Below, piece by piece: positions 1 through 7,961 of a stretch of 64,000 nucleotides of DNA. The position numbers and the translations under genes are program-made. Source of the stretch: Propionibacteriaceae bacterium (GTDB taxonomy: Bacteria > Actinomycetota > Actinomycetes > Propionibacteriales > Propionibacteriaceae); NCBI GenBank assembly GCA_032576855.1, contig JAWFWL010000002.1, forward strand, positions 44,498 through 108,497, written 5' to 3'. Positions within the stretch are counted from its first letter, which is position 1. Every line of letters starts with the position of its first letter. The notes under the pieces are model-generated. The model was given only the letters and a program-made list of their open reading frames with translations, searched no databases and was not told the origin of the DNA.

Positions 1-657
1 GGGGTCGGGAAGCGTCAAGAACAGGAATGCGACGAGCAGCCAGGACGCAACGAACGTCATCAAGATCGTGGCGAGCCGCATCAGGAACCCAATGCCCGGG
101 ATAGCACCAAGTCCGAGCCACTCGACCACGAGCTCCGATGCACTCGAACCTGCTTGCGCCACGATGATGCCGAGCAGCAACGTGACCAGCAGTCCCAGGA
201 AAATTGCGATGTTTTGCAAGATGTCGACGATTGGGTTGCCCTTGCGGTCCTCGTCGACGGGGTTCTCCCGCCACATCATTCGGACGGCCTTCTTCAGGTT
301 CCCCACCCAGCCGGAACCAGAGTAACCCGCGGTCAGGATTGCGACGATACCGATGCCCTGCCAGTTGTTGAGTGCCTCGTTGATGGTTGTGGTGAGCGAT
401 TCCGCGGCGTCACCAGATCCGGACAGCGCTTGGTTGATCTGGTCTTGCACCTGCGCCAGGTACTCCGGGAAGAATACGGTGAGAGCCATGCCCAGAAGCG
501 CAAACGCGAACATGAGAATCGGCACGATAGAGAGCACCGAAAAGTAAGTGATTGCCCCCGCAAACTGCGGACCCAACCGAGCTCCGAAGCGAGTATTGGC
601 CGCCATCGCATGTGCGACCGGCGGCCACTTCAGAATCTTCTGAATGGTTTCCTTCAC
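1..657 (-). CDS. YihY/BrkB-family integral membrane protein (partial; 3' end runs off the window start)
   Basis: Minus-strand frame is open from GTG 657-655 to position 1, with AGGAG (670-666) 8 nt upstream. My translation is VKETIQKILKWPPVAHAMAANTRFGARLGPQFAGAITYFSVLSIVPILMF..., followed by more hydrophobic helices, typical of YihY. It is absent from the ORF track because no stop lies inside the window. Confidence 0.7.
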   Translation of the reverse strand, partial: MKETIQKILKWPPVAHAMAANTRFGARLGPQFAGAITYFSVLSIVPILMFAFALLGMALTVFFPEYLAQVQDQINQALSGSGDAAESLTTTINEALNNWQGIGIVAILTAGYSGSGWVGNLKKAVRMMWRENPVDEDRKGNPIVDILQNIAIFLGLLVTLLLGIIVAQAGSSASELVVEWLGLGAIPGIGFLMRLATILMTFVASWLLVAFLFLTLPDP

Positions 658-668
658 GTTTGGGGCTC

Positions 669-1205
669 CTAGCCTGCCTTAGCTTTACGACGGGCGGCAA
701 GTTCGTCGCCCGGATGATCTTGGTGCTGAGCGTCAGCACGTTCCGACGGTAGCGCGAGAAGGGTTCCTTCGATCTCTTTCCATACAGAGCTGACCGAGAT
801 CATGAACATACCTTGCCCGCCCTTGGAAAGGTCGAAGAGTTCATTCGCGTTGGTGACTTCAAAGACGCTAAACCCGTCGCTGACGAGCGTGACCTCGCTC
901 ACGTCCTCCACACCGCGTGAGCGGAGGTGGTCGATAGCGACGCGGATCTGCTGCAGCGAGATACCGACGTCGAGGAACCGCTTCACGACGCGCAGCAGCA
1001 GGATGTCGCGAAACGAATACAGGCGCTGAGATCCTGAGCCCTCGGCACGCCGAATTGAAGGAACAACGAGCCCGGTGCGTGCCCAGTAGTCAAGCTGTCG
1101 GTACGTGATGCCTGCCACTTTGTGTGCGACGGGACCGCGGAAGCCCTGGTCACTAGGCAGCGGGGAGTAATCCCCGTCGAACAAGGTGTCCTGCATCTCG
1201 GCCAC
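669..1205 (-). CDS. MerR-family transcriptional regulator (Rv1830-like position)
   Basis: ORF track 178 aa. N-terminal HTH VAGITYRQLDYWARTGLVVPS...RLYSFRDILLLRVV is MerR-type. It is the last gene of the conserved FHA-MerR-DUF151-MerR block. The start is GTG 1205; ATG 1196 is an alternative. Confidence 0.85.
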   Translation of the reverse strand: MAEMQDTLFDGDYSPLPSDQGFRGPVAHKVAGITYRQLDYWARTGLVVPSIRRAEGSGSQRLYSFRDILLLRVVKRFLDVGISLQQIRVAIDHLRSRGVEDVSEVTLVSDGFSVFEVTNANELFDLSKGGQGMFMISVSSVWKEIEGTLLALPSERADAQHQDHPGDELAARRKAKAG

Positions 1206-1372
1206 GATCTCCTCTTTCCGAAGCGTCTGCGATGAACGCTATCCGTCCTCGCTCGGCTACCCCAGAGGGACACGCCGACGGATACCCGCGCTCAGCGCAT
1301 CCACCACGATGATTCTAGCGCCAAATGAGCCCCTGAACGCTAGCATCGGCGCATCGGAAAAATAGCTTCTGA

Positions 1373-1882
1373 CTACTCGTTTTGCCCCTCTGAGAAGTCG
1401 TCGGCATTGACTGAATCTAGGAAGGCGCGGAACTCGTCGACCTCATCCGATGGGAGTTCATCAACCTCAACCCCAACTTGATCCATGAGGCTTCGCGGGC
1501 ACTGGATTGGCCACCCGAGTCGCAACGCGAGCGCGACGGCGTCGCTCGGCCGCGCGTCGATGTCCAGGTCAAGCACACGAAGGCGCGCGTAGAACAGACC
1601 GTCATCCATCGACGTGATCACCACGCGTCCAGCGGCCTCTCCAACGAATTCCCGAATCAGCTCAGCCAGCAGATCATGGGTAAGCGGGCGAGTCACCTCG
1701 GTCTCGTCGGAGAGTTGGAGGGCGATGGCCGCGGCCTCCACGTGCCCAATCCAGATGGGCATCAACTTGGTGTCCTCGGGGTCCTTCAGCAAAAGAACGG
1801 GGGAATCTTCACCACCCAGCACCCGAATACCGAACACCTCGAGATCGATCATCTTGTAGTCGTAAGGGTCTGCGTCATCCAT
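1373..1882 (-). CDS. Bifunctional nuclease family protein (DUF151)
   Basis: MIDLEVFGIRVLGGEDSPVLLLKD...MPIWIGHVEAAAIA...RPLTHDLL is the DUF151 signature. I chose ATG 1882, which overlaps the upstream stop (ATGGATGA). ATG 1852 or the track start 1909 are also possible. Confidence 0.8.
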   Translation of the reverse strand: MDDADPYDYKMIDLEVFGIRVLGGEDSPVLLLKDPEDTKLMPIWIGHVEAAAIALQLSDETEVTRPLTHDLLAELIREFVGEAAGRVVITSMDDGLFYARLRVLDLDIDARPSDAVALALRLGWPIQCPRSLMDQVGVEVDELPSDEVDEFRAFLDSVNADDFSEGQNE

Positions 1883-2567
1883 TGATCTGTCCATGTAGCA
1901 GTGCGGCATGTGCTTGCAAGACTACGCGGTACACGTCGACGAGAACTTCGTTCGGGGCGGACCCGCGACGTCGGAATGGTTCGAGCACCTGTTCGACCAA
2001 TGCTGCCTCGGCGTTAGCTGCTTGCTGCAAGACCTTCATCTGGCGCAAGTCGACGCCGTAGTGGCTGAGCCGTTTCGCGGCAACCGCGATCGCGACGGCC
2101 TCGCGTCCATAGAACGCTGTGCCAGGCCGGGGCTCGATCAGGCGCATCCTTTCGAGGTGAATGAGCGACGCCTCACCCAACTCTGACTCGGCGAGCAACT
2201 GACGGCGGGTGAGGAGCTTGTTGTTCTTCGGCGTCGATTTCGGGCTGCGACGCACTGGCTCAGGATCGGGGGCAGCGGCTTCCTGCGGTTCCTCCGCCAG
2301 CGTGACGGGCTCTTCTCCCCTATCCAACGCCTCCAACTCTTCGCGTATCACTTTGAGCGGCAGGTAGCGATCCCGTTGGGCGCGAAGCACGTACAGGAGA
2401 CGATCGACGTCTTCCTGGCTGAACCGTCGATAGCCAGAAGGTTGTTGACGGTCTGGCGAGATGAGCCCTTCCGTCTCTAAATAGCGCAGTTTGGAGACCG
2501 AAATGTCTGGGAACTCTCCCCTGATCATCTCCAGAACACGCCCGATGGTGCGCGCTCCTGAAGCCAT
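1875..2567 (-). CDS. MerR-family regulator, FtsR/Rv1828-like
   Basis: 230 aa. MerR HTH (IGRVLEMIRGEFPDISVSKLRYLETEGLISP) plus a second MerR-like C-terminal repeat. It sits immediately downstream of the FHA gene with a TAATG overlap, as in Corynebacterium odhI-ftsR and Mtb Rv1827-Rv1828. Confidence 0.8.
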   Translation of the reverse strand: MASGARTIGRVLEMIRGEFPDISVSKLRYLETEGLISPDRQQPSGYRRFSQEDVDRLLYVLRAQRDRYLPLKVIREELEALDRGEEPVTLAEEPQEAAAPDPEPVRRSPKSTPKNNKLLTRRQLLAESELGEASLIHLERMRLIEPRPGTAFYGREAVAIAVAAKRLSHYGVDLRQMKVLQQAANAEAALVEQVLEPFRRRGSAPNEVLVDVYRVVLQAHAALLHGQING

Positions 2568-3061
2568 TAGGCGGCTCCGGAATCACCCAGCACGATCATT
2601 GCCCGGTATTTGCCGATTTGGATCTCGTCACCGGCGCGGACCTGGGCCCGACCGTCGATCAGGGTTCGGTTGATGTAGGTGCCGTTCAGGCTTCCGAGAT
2701 CTTCCAGGAACAAGGTGCCGTCGACGCGAATGAACTTGGCGTGGTGACGCGAGACCGTGATGTCGTCGAGGAAAATGTCGGATTCGGGATGGCGGCCGAC
2801 CGTGGTGATGTCCGCGTCGATGAGGAAGCGAGACTCGTCGCCGGTGCCAAGCCTGACGATGAGGAGTGCGTTGCCCGCGGCAAGCCCCTTCGCCGCATCG
2901 CCTATAGAAGGTGAGTCGTAGTCGGCGGTCACATCAATCGCGGCAAACGTCGAAGTAGTATCCGTGGAGGTTTCCAACTGAGCACCGCAGTGGCTGCAGA
3001 ACCTCGCGGTCTCGGCACATTCAGTGCCGCACTTGATGCACCTCATCGCAGTCCCTTTCAT
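2567..3061 (-). CDS. FHA-domain protein with N-terminal zinc ribbon (GarA/OdhI-like position)
   Basis: CIKCG...CSHCG zinc ribbon, then a Thr-rich ETSTDTTSTF segment, then the FHA core (TVGRHPESDIFLDDITVSRHHAKF...DLGSLNGTYIN). The likely true start is ATG 3046 (MRCIKCG), with AAGGGA upstream. Confidence 0.85.
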   Translation of the reverse strand: MKGTAMRCIKCGTECAETARFCSHCGAQLETSTDTTSTFAAIDVTADYDSPSIGDAAKGLAAGNALLIVRLGTGDESRFLIDADITTVGRHPESDIFLDDITVSRHHAKFIRVDGTLFLEDLGSLNGTYINRTLIDGRAQVRAGDEIQIGKYRAMIVLGDSGAA

Positions 3062-3097
3062 CGCGTAACGTCAACTCACACACTATCGCACGCAACC

Positions 3098-3880
3098 CTA
3101 TCGGGGCCGAGCAAACTTGTACTCAGCTGGTTCAACTACGGAGTCGACACGGATGTTGTCGAGCTGTTGCGTCACGACGGTGCCACTCACTCTGGAGCCT
3201 TCCACTTCGCTCACCAGTCCGCCACGAAAGCGAGCTCCCGCCTCCAACGTTCCTGGGTCGCCGATGGCTTCGATGGTCATCGGCAGCGAGAGCGTGTGTC
3301 CGTCGGCCTGGACTCTGCCGTCGTCCGTCGCTGTGAAGGATGTGTTCACAGCGACACGCACCTCGTCGTTGATCTCGATCACCTCAGCGCCCGCGTCGCG
3401 CAATTCTTCCACGGCGTTCAGCATGAGCTCCGGGGTGATCTTGCCGGGGTCTGCAGTGATGCGGATACGCAGACCTGGGCCGTGTGCGGGCACTGTTCCT
3501 GCCAGTATGCGCAGCTGCTCCAATCTTCGGTTCGCATCCGTGCGCGCAGACTCGGCTCGATCTGCACCGCTGGCTAGTGCATCCCGGTTTGACTGCAGTT
3601 CGCGTACCTCGCTCTCCAGTGCTCGGTTCTGGCTGGACACGGTATCGAGCAGCTGTACGAGGTCTTCCTGCCTAGCCTGCGCGAATTCGGGCTGCGAGTC
3701 TTGAGAGCGCACGGTCCAGGTGATGAGTAACGCGGTGACGAACAAGACGACGGCCGCTATCAGTTGGCCCTTCGAGGGCCTGAAGAAATCCTTGAGCAGG
3801 GGACGTTTCGGGGCTGCGTGGCGAGCAACCGCAGGCTCCACAGCCTCAGATTTCTCGTCTGACGTCTCATCCTCATGCAT
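3098..3880 (-). CDS. DUF881 domain-containing membrane protein
   Basis: Single TM, a coiled-coil and C-terminal GPGLRIRITAD...AGAEVIEIND...TIEAIGDP, typical of DUF881 (Rv1823/Rv1825-like). Start ATG 3880 overlaps the upstream stop by 8 nt. The track start 4006 would overlap the DUF1290 gene. Confidence 0.8.
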   Translation of the reverse strand: MHEDETSDEKSEAVEPAVARHAAPKRPLLKDFFRPSKGQLIAAVVLFVTALLITWTVRSQDSQPEFAQARQEDLVQLLDTVSSQNRALESEVRELQSNRDALASGADRAESARTDANRRLEQLRILAGTVPAHGPGLRIRITADPGKITPELMLNAVEELRDAGAEVIEINDEVRVAVNTSFTATDDGRVQADGHTLSLPMTIEAIGDPGTLEAGARFRGGLVSEVEGSRVSGTVVTQQLDNIRVDSVVEPAEYKFARPR

Positions 3881-4205
3881 GGAAGATAGCCCTCCGAACG
3901 GCGGCAGCATTGGTGAAGATTCGGATACCCAACACGACGACGACGCCCGTGGAAAGCTGAGAACCGACTCCGATTTGATCGCCAATAAACACGATAAGCC
4001 CGGCAATCAGCACGTTGGAGAGGAAGCTGACGAGGAACACGCGATCGCTGAAGTTACCCTCCAGGTACGCTCTCGTCGCACCAAGAATTGCGTCCAGCGC
4101 CGCCACAATCGCTATGGGAAAATAGGGAGTGAGGAATGCCGGCAGGGTGGGCTGCAGCAAGATCCCGGCAACGATGCCCGCCACCAATCCGAGAATCGCA
4201 AACAA
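3873..4205 (-). CDS. Small basic membrane protein (DUF1290, Rv1824-like)
   Basis: LFAILGLVAGIVAGILL...PIAIVAALDAILGATRAYLEGNF...NVLIAGLIVFIGDQIGV is the DUF1290 pattern. It sits between two DUF881 genes. TTG 4205 lies 1 nt after the upstream stop (4207-4209); this start is inferred. Confidence 0.7.
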   Translation of the reverse strand: MFAILGLVAGIVAGILLQPTLPAFLTPYFPIAIVAALDAILGATRAYLEGNFSDRVFLVSFLSNVLIAGLIVFIGDQIGVGSQLSTGVVVVLGIRIFTNAAAVRRAIFHA

Positions 4206-4206
4206 C

Positions 4207-4977
4207 TCAGCTTCCTTCCGCCAGCAGCACTCCGAGGCCCGGATCTGCGGGAAGCAGCAGATCACCGTCGGATTGCGTGATGTCCAGTGTAAGGCCGTAA
4301 TTCATTGTGAGGTACTGCCACCAATTCGATGCTCGCGTCGACGCGAACCGCGCGGGCAGCTGTTTCGGATCTCCAATCACTTCCACTCGATACGGCGGAC
4401 TCAACGAAACATAGTCGACGGTGATCGCAGCGCCAGCCGAGCGTATCGGCGTGCGCGTGGTGATTCGTCGGCCATTGACAGCGACTGCTTCTGCACCAGC
4501 TTGGAACATCCCTGAGACGAGTTGCGAGAGGTCCGAATCGAGCACCCGCCCCTCGGATGCGCCTGCGTCGGGTGCATCGTCGACAGTCACCACCACACCT
4601 GGGCCCTGCACCGCCACGGCGCCACTCAACAATTCGGCCTGCCGAAGCTGCGCACGCGTCTGCGGGTCGTCGATGTGAGCGAGTTGTAGCTGCCTGATCT
4701 CCGCTTCGAGGGCTCGGGTGCGGCGTTCCAGATCATCTTGGTGTGCCTGGGCATCCGTCACCTCGGCGCGGATGGCGTCGCGTTCAGCTGCCCGTACATC
4801 TCTGCTGGTAAACGTCTGTACCAGCGCGTAGGTGAGCAGCGAGGCGATGAGCATCAACGTAATGAACGAAACAGCGCCCTTGCTGCGAGGGTGCACCGTC
4901 GAACGATATTCCGGTTCAAGCGCTCCTTCGGTGACATCACGAAGCAGACTCATGGACGCATCCGGGCGACCTGCCAT
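4207..4977 (-). CDS. DUF881 domain-containing membrane protein
   Basis: 256 aa with TM, coiled-coil, GPGVVVTVDD...AGAEAVAVNGRR...YRVEVIGDP. ATG 4977 directly abuts the pgsA stop (4978-4980). Confidence 0.8.
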   Translation of the reverse strand: MAGRPDASMSLLRDVTEGALEPEYRSTVHPRSKGAVSFITLMLIASLLTYALVQTFTSRDVRAAERDAIRAEVTDAQAHQDDLERRTRALEAEIRQLQLAHIDDPQTRAQLRQAELLSGAVAVQGPGVVVTVDDAPDAGASEGRVLDSDLSQLVSGMFQAGAEAVAVNGRRITTRTPIRSAGAAITVDYVSLSPPYRVEVIGDPKQLPARFASTRASNWWQYLTMNYGLTLDITQSDGDLLLPADPGLGVLLAEGS

Positions 4978-5577
4978 TTAATGCTTCACCTCCGCCCTAC
5001 GCTGCCGCGAGAGCTGCACCGTTGCCCGGAGATACAACAACCCAGCCCACCAATAGAGAATTGCGCCGACGATGGCGATCGCCCACCCGAGAATGTGCAC
5101 GACCTTAATATCGAAGGCCGCGGGGGCCCCAAGCAGTACCAACGGGAATGCGAGCAGCAGGGCGAATGTGCCGGATTTTCCAACATAGTTGACGGGCAAG
5201 GAAGTCCGTCCGCTTCGCCGCAACGACGGCAGTAGTAACAACAACATGAGGTCGCGCCCAATCAGGACCGCGACAAACCCCCAGGGCACGATGCCACGAA
5301 CCATGAGCGCCAAAATTGTGGCGAGGATATAGAGGCGGTCGGTGATGGGATCGAGCTGTGCTCCCAGCTTCGTACGCTGACGAAGCTTCCGCGCGAGGAA
5401 TCCGTCGAACCAATCCGTGACCGCGGATGCGGCAAGGATGATGACCGCAGCGAGATGCTGACCGGCGATGATGAGTGCTACGAACACCGGAATCGCTAGC
5501 AAGCGCAAAAATGAGAGCACATTCGGGATGGTGAGCACCCGAGTCGTATCCCACTTCTGCTCCGTCACATGCATCAT
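4978..5577 (-). CDS. CDP-alcohol phosphatidyltransferase family protein (PgsA-type; substrate class unresolved)
   Basis: Motif D-x2-DG-x2-AR-x8-G-x3-D-x3-D is present (TDWFDGFLARKLRQRTKLGAQLDPITDRLY), with several TM helices. ATG 5577 lies 1 nt after the upstream stop (5579-5581). The 357-aa track ORF is an artefactual extension into pimA. Confidence 0.85.
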   Translation of the reverse strand: MMHVTEQKWDTTRVLTIPNVLSFLRLLAIPVFVALIIAGQHLAAVIILAASAVTDWFDGFLARKLRQRTKLGAQLDPITDRLYILATILALMVRGIVPWGFVAVLIGRDLMLLLLLPSLRRSGRTSLPVNYVGKSGTFALLLAFPLVLLGAPAAFDIKVVHILGWAIAIVGAILYWWAGLLYLRATVQLSRQRRAEVKH

Positions 5578-5578
5578 C

Positions 5579-6595
5579 CTAATGGAGGGCCGCATGCTCG
5601 TAGTGCCCCAAGATCCGTGGCCCAATCTGGTCCCAGCTGTAGCGCGCGGCTCGGCGCCGTGCAGCCTCAAGATCGGTGCCCTCACGCAGCCTCGCCCGTA
5701 ACGCGGCCACAGCGGCATCGACGTCGCCTGGCAGAAACCAGCTTGTGCACCGAGGATCATCAGCCACTGCCCGAAACGCGGGGAGATCCGATGCGACAAT
5801 GCCGCAACCGTTGGCCAAGCCTTCCGCGATGACGAGCCCAAACGATTCGCCGAACGTATTCGTCGCCATGAGCACTGCGGCTTCGTGCAGCCATCCATCG
5901 CGCTCTTCGTCTGGAAGCTGACCGTAGGCAGCGACGTACTCGGACGTCGCGTCTCCCGGGCCAACGGCGACGAATCGAGCCTCGTCTGCCATTCGCTTCG
6001 CCACCTGCTCAAAGACGTGGTAGCCCTTGCGTAGATCATCGCGCCTGCCAACGTTTAACACCACGGGCATCGCGGAGGCAGGCTTGCCATTGAATGGTGG
6101 CATTGCAATGCCGTTTGGAATCACGTCTGGGCGCTCCCCAGTCACGGCCAGTGCGGTTGCACAAGCGGCATCCGATACCGCAATGCAGCGCCGTTTCCCC
6201 AGCCAAGCGGCTCGCGCCCGAAGGAGAGGCGCCAGCGGGCCCGGGTGAAATCGTGCGTGATGCGTAACGACGAGACGCTCGCTCCTCCTCGCCACAGCGT
6301 ATGCCAGCCCTGGAGTTAACGGTTCGTGCACGTGCACCACATCTGCCACACGTGTGTGCTCGAGTGCGAGCCTGATTTGGGCACTGCCAAGAGCGAGGTT
6401 TGCCGTCGAACCATTGAATCGAAACGGCGCGCTTGCTCCGACGAGCAACTCGCCGGGCTTGGGAGCATCTGTGCCCGGAGCGACGACGAGCACGTAATGC
6501 CCCTGCTCGCGAAGCCAGGCAGCCAGCCCTCGCACGTGCGTCGCCACTCCCCCGGGCACGTCGAAGGAGTAGGGACAAACCAGCGCGATCTTCAC
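5579..6595 (-). CDS. pimA: GT4 glycosyltransferase, PimA-like phosphatidylinositol mannosyltransferase
   Basis: MKIALVCPYSFDVPGGVATHV... N-terminus and the C-terminal E-x7-E region (ESFGLVIAEGLANG). It follows the acyltransferase with a GTGA overlap, as in Mtb Rv2611c-Rv2610c. Confidence 0.7.
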   Translation of the reverse strand: MKIALVCPYSFDVPGGVATHVRGLAAWLREQGHYVLVVAPGTDAPKPGELLVGASAPFRFNGSTANLALGSAQIRLALEHTRVADVVHVHEPLTPGLAYAVARRSERLVVTHHARFHPGPLAPLLRARAAWLGKRRCIAVSDAACATALAVTGERPDVIPNGIAMPPFNGKPASAMPVVLNVGRRDDLRKGYHVFEQVAKRMADEARFVAVGPGDATSEYVAAYGQLPDEERDGWLHEAAVLMATNTFGESFGLVIAEGLANGCGIVASDLPAFRAVADDPRCTSWFLPGDVDAAVAALRARLREGTDLEAARRRAARYSWDQIGPRILGHYEHAALH

Positions 6596-7431
6596 AAAAA
6601 CGCCTGCCGGAGCATCAACCAGGATTCAGGGTGCCGTTTGACGGCCTTCGCAAAGTGCTCGACCGCACCGGCCATGAGCGCGGTGGGATCGTCGCCGGTA
6701 ATTCGTGGCGACACCGTCATGCCCAATGTGGCGCCGTCGAAGTGGGTTGTGGCTACGCGAAGATCAGCGCCCGTACGTCGCGCGAGTAGAGCCGGCCCAG
6801 CCGGCACGGAAATGCTCTCCTCCGTGTCCGGCCAAGGAACCTGTACACCATGCTTGGAGAGATCGCGGTCTGCGAGCAGGCAGACCATCTTGCCGGCGCG
6901 TACCTCGTCGGCAAGCGTGTGCAGCAGTCGGGGTTGGTCTACCGGGTAGATCGTCATCCCCATGCCCGCACGCGCCGAACTGAAGCGCTCGTAGAGCCCG
7001 CGGGGCAAGCGTTCCGCGACGCTCACCACCTGAATGCCCACGCGAGCACACCAAGCACCTGCGAAATCCCAAGAGCCCATGTGCGGCAGCGCCAGCACCA
7101 GCCCCGGGCCGGTAAGCGACGAACGCAGCCGGGCGACATGCTCGTCGGAGATAGCGACGACGCGCCTGATCTCCGCGTCGCTCCAGCGCTCGAGGCTGAG
7201 CGACCAAAGGTTGTTACGAAACCAGTGTTCGATGAGTTGACGGCGCATCTGTTTGGTGGGTGCACTACCGGTTGCCCGTGCCACGCTGCCGGCCCACGCG
7301 TCGACAGCGGGCAGCCTCGTCAGCGACGCGATCGGGGCCGCGAGCTTGGCGAAAGCATCGGCACCTCGTCGCGGAATGTGCTTGCCGAGCGCCCACAGCA
7401 GATCCGTGCGGTTCACGTTCAGGCCTGCCAC
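6592..7431 (-). CDS. Lysophospholipid/lipid A-type acyltransferase (PIM acyltransferase, Rv2611c-like)
   Basis: LPLAT-like HMGSWD motif (ALPHMGSWDFAG) and conserved position between the HIT gene and pimA. Start GTG 7431 is inferred (13-nt overlap with the HIT stop). The track start 7524 would overlap the HIT gene by 105 nt. Confidence 0.7.
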   Translation of the reverse strand: MAGLNVNRTDLLWALGKHIPRRGADAFAKLAAPIASLTRLPAVDAWAGSVARATGSAPTKQMRRQLIEHWFRNNLWSLSLERWSDAEIRRVVAISDEHVARLRSSLTGPGLVLALPHMGSWDFAGAWCARVGIQVVSVAERLPRGLYERFSSARAGMGMTIYPVDQPRLLHTLADEVRAGKMVCLLADRDLSKHGVQVPWPDTEESISVPAGPALLARRTGADLRVATTHFDGATLGMTVSPRITGDDPTALMAGAVEHFAKAVKRHPESWLMLRQAFL

Positions 7432-7961
7432 GCCTCCGCCAACCGCTGCCGGGCATCGTCGAGCAACTGTGGGACGGCCTTGGTGCGCCCCACGACAGGC
7501 AGGAAGTTGGAATCGCCTTGCCAACGCGGCACCACGTGCTGGTGCAGGTGCATCGCGATGCCAGCACCCGCCACGTCACCCTGATTCATCCCGACGTTGT
7601 AGCCCGCCGGCGCGCTGACCTTCGCCAACGTGCGGATGGCCTGCTTGGTGAGTTCCGCGATCTCCGCGGTCTCCTCTGGCGTCGCATCGACGTACGCAGG
7701 CACGTGCCGATACGGGCACACAAGCAGGTGCCCCGGGTTGTACGGGAAAAGATTCATGACGACGAAGGCGTGCTCACCGCGTCGAACGATGAGCCCTTCC
7801 TCGTCTGACTTACCCGGGCTCACACAAAAGGGGCACTCCCCCGGGTTCTTCGGCTTACCCTCACCGTCGATGTACACCATGCGGTGCGGCGTCCAGAGTC
7901 GCTGAAACGCATCCGGTACGCCAGGGAACGCGCCTGGGGTTTCGACGCTCGTCTCGCTCAT
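7419..7961 (-). CDS. HIT-family nucleotide hydrolase/transferase (Rv2613c-like)
   Basis: Histidine triad HLHQHVVPR, with [14 protein letters not shown] upstream of it. ATGA overlap with the thrS stop. Confidence 0.85.
   Translation of the reverse strand: MSETSVETPGAFPGVPDAFQRLWTPHRMVYIDGEGKPKNPGECPFCVSPGKSDEEGLIVRRGEHAFVVMNLFPYNPGHLLVCPYRHVPAYVDATPEETAEIAELTKQAIRTLAKVSAPAGYNVGMNQGDVAGAGIAMHLHQHVVPRWQGDSNFLPVVGRTKAVPQLLDDARQRLAEAWQA

Noticed and set aside
1206-1372. TAGCG-N19-CGCTA inverted repeat (about 1315-1343) as a MerR operator
   Set aside because: The arms are short (5-6 bp), the spacing is atypical for MerR-type 19-20-bp spacer promoters as far as I can judge, and there is no supporting conservation data.
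4978-6051. 357-aa version of the pgsA ORF
   Set aside because: The first 158 codons overlap the pimA-like gene in another frame. The PgsA-like sequence begins at MMHVTEQ (ATG 5577), right after the pimA stop.
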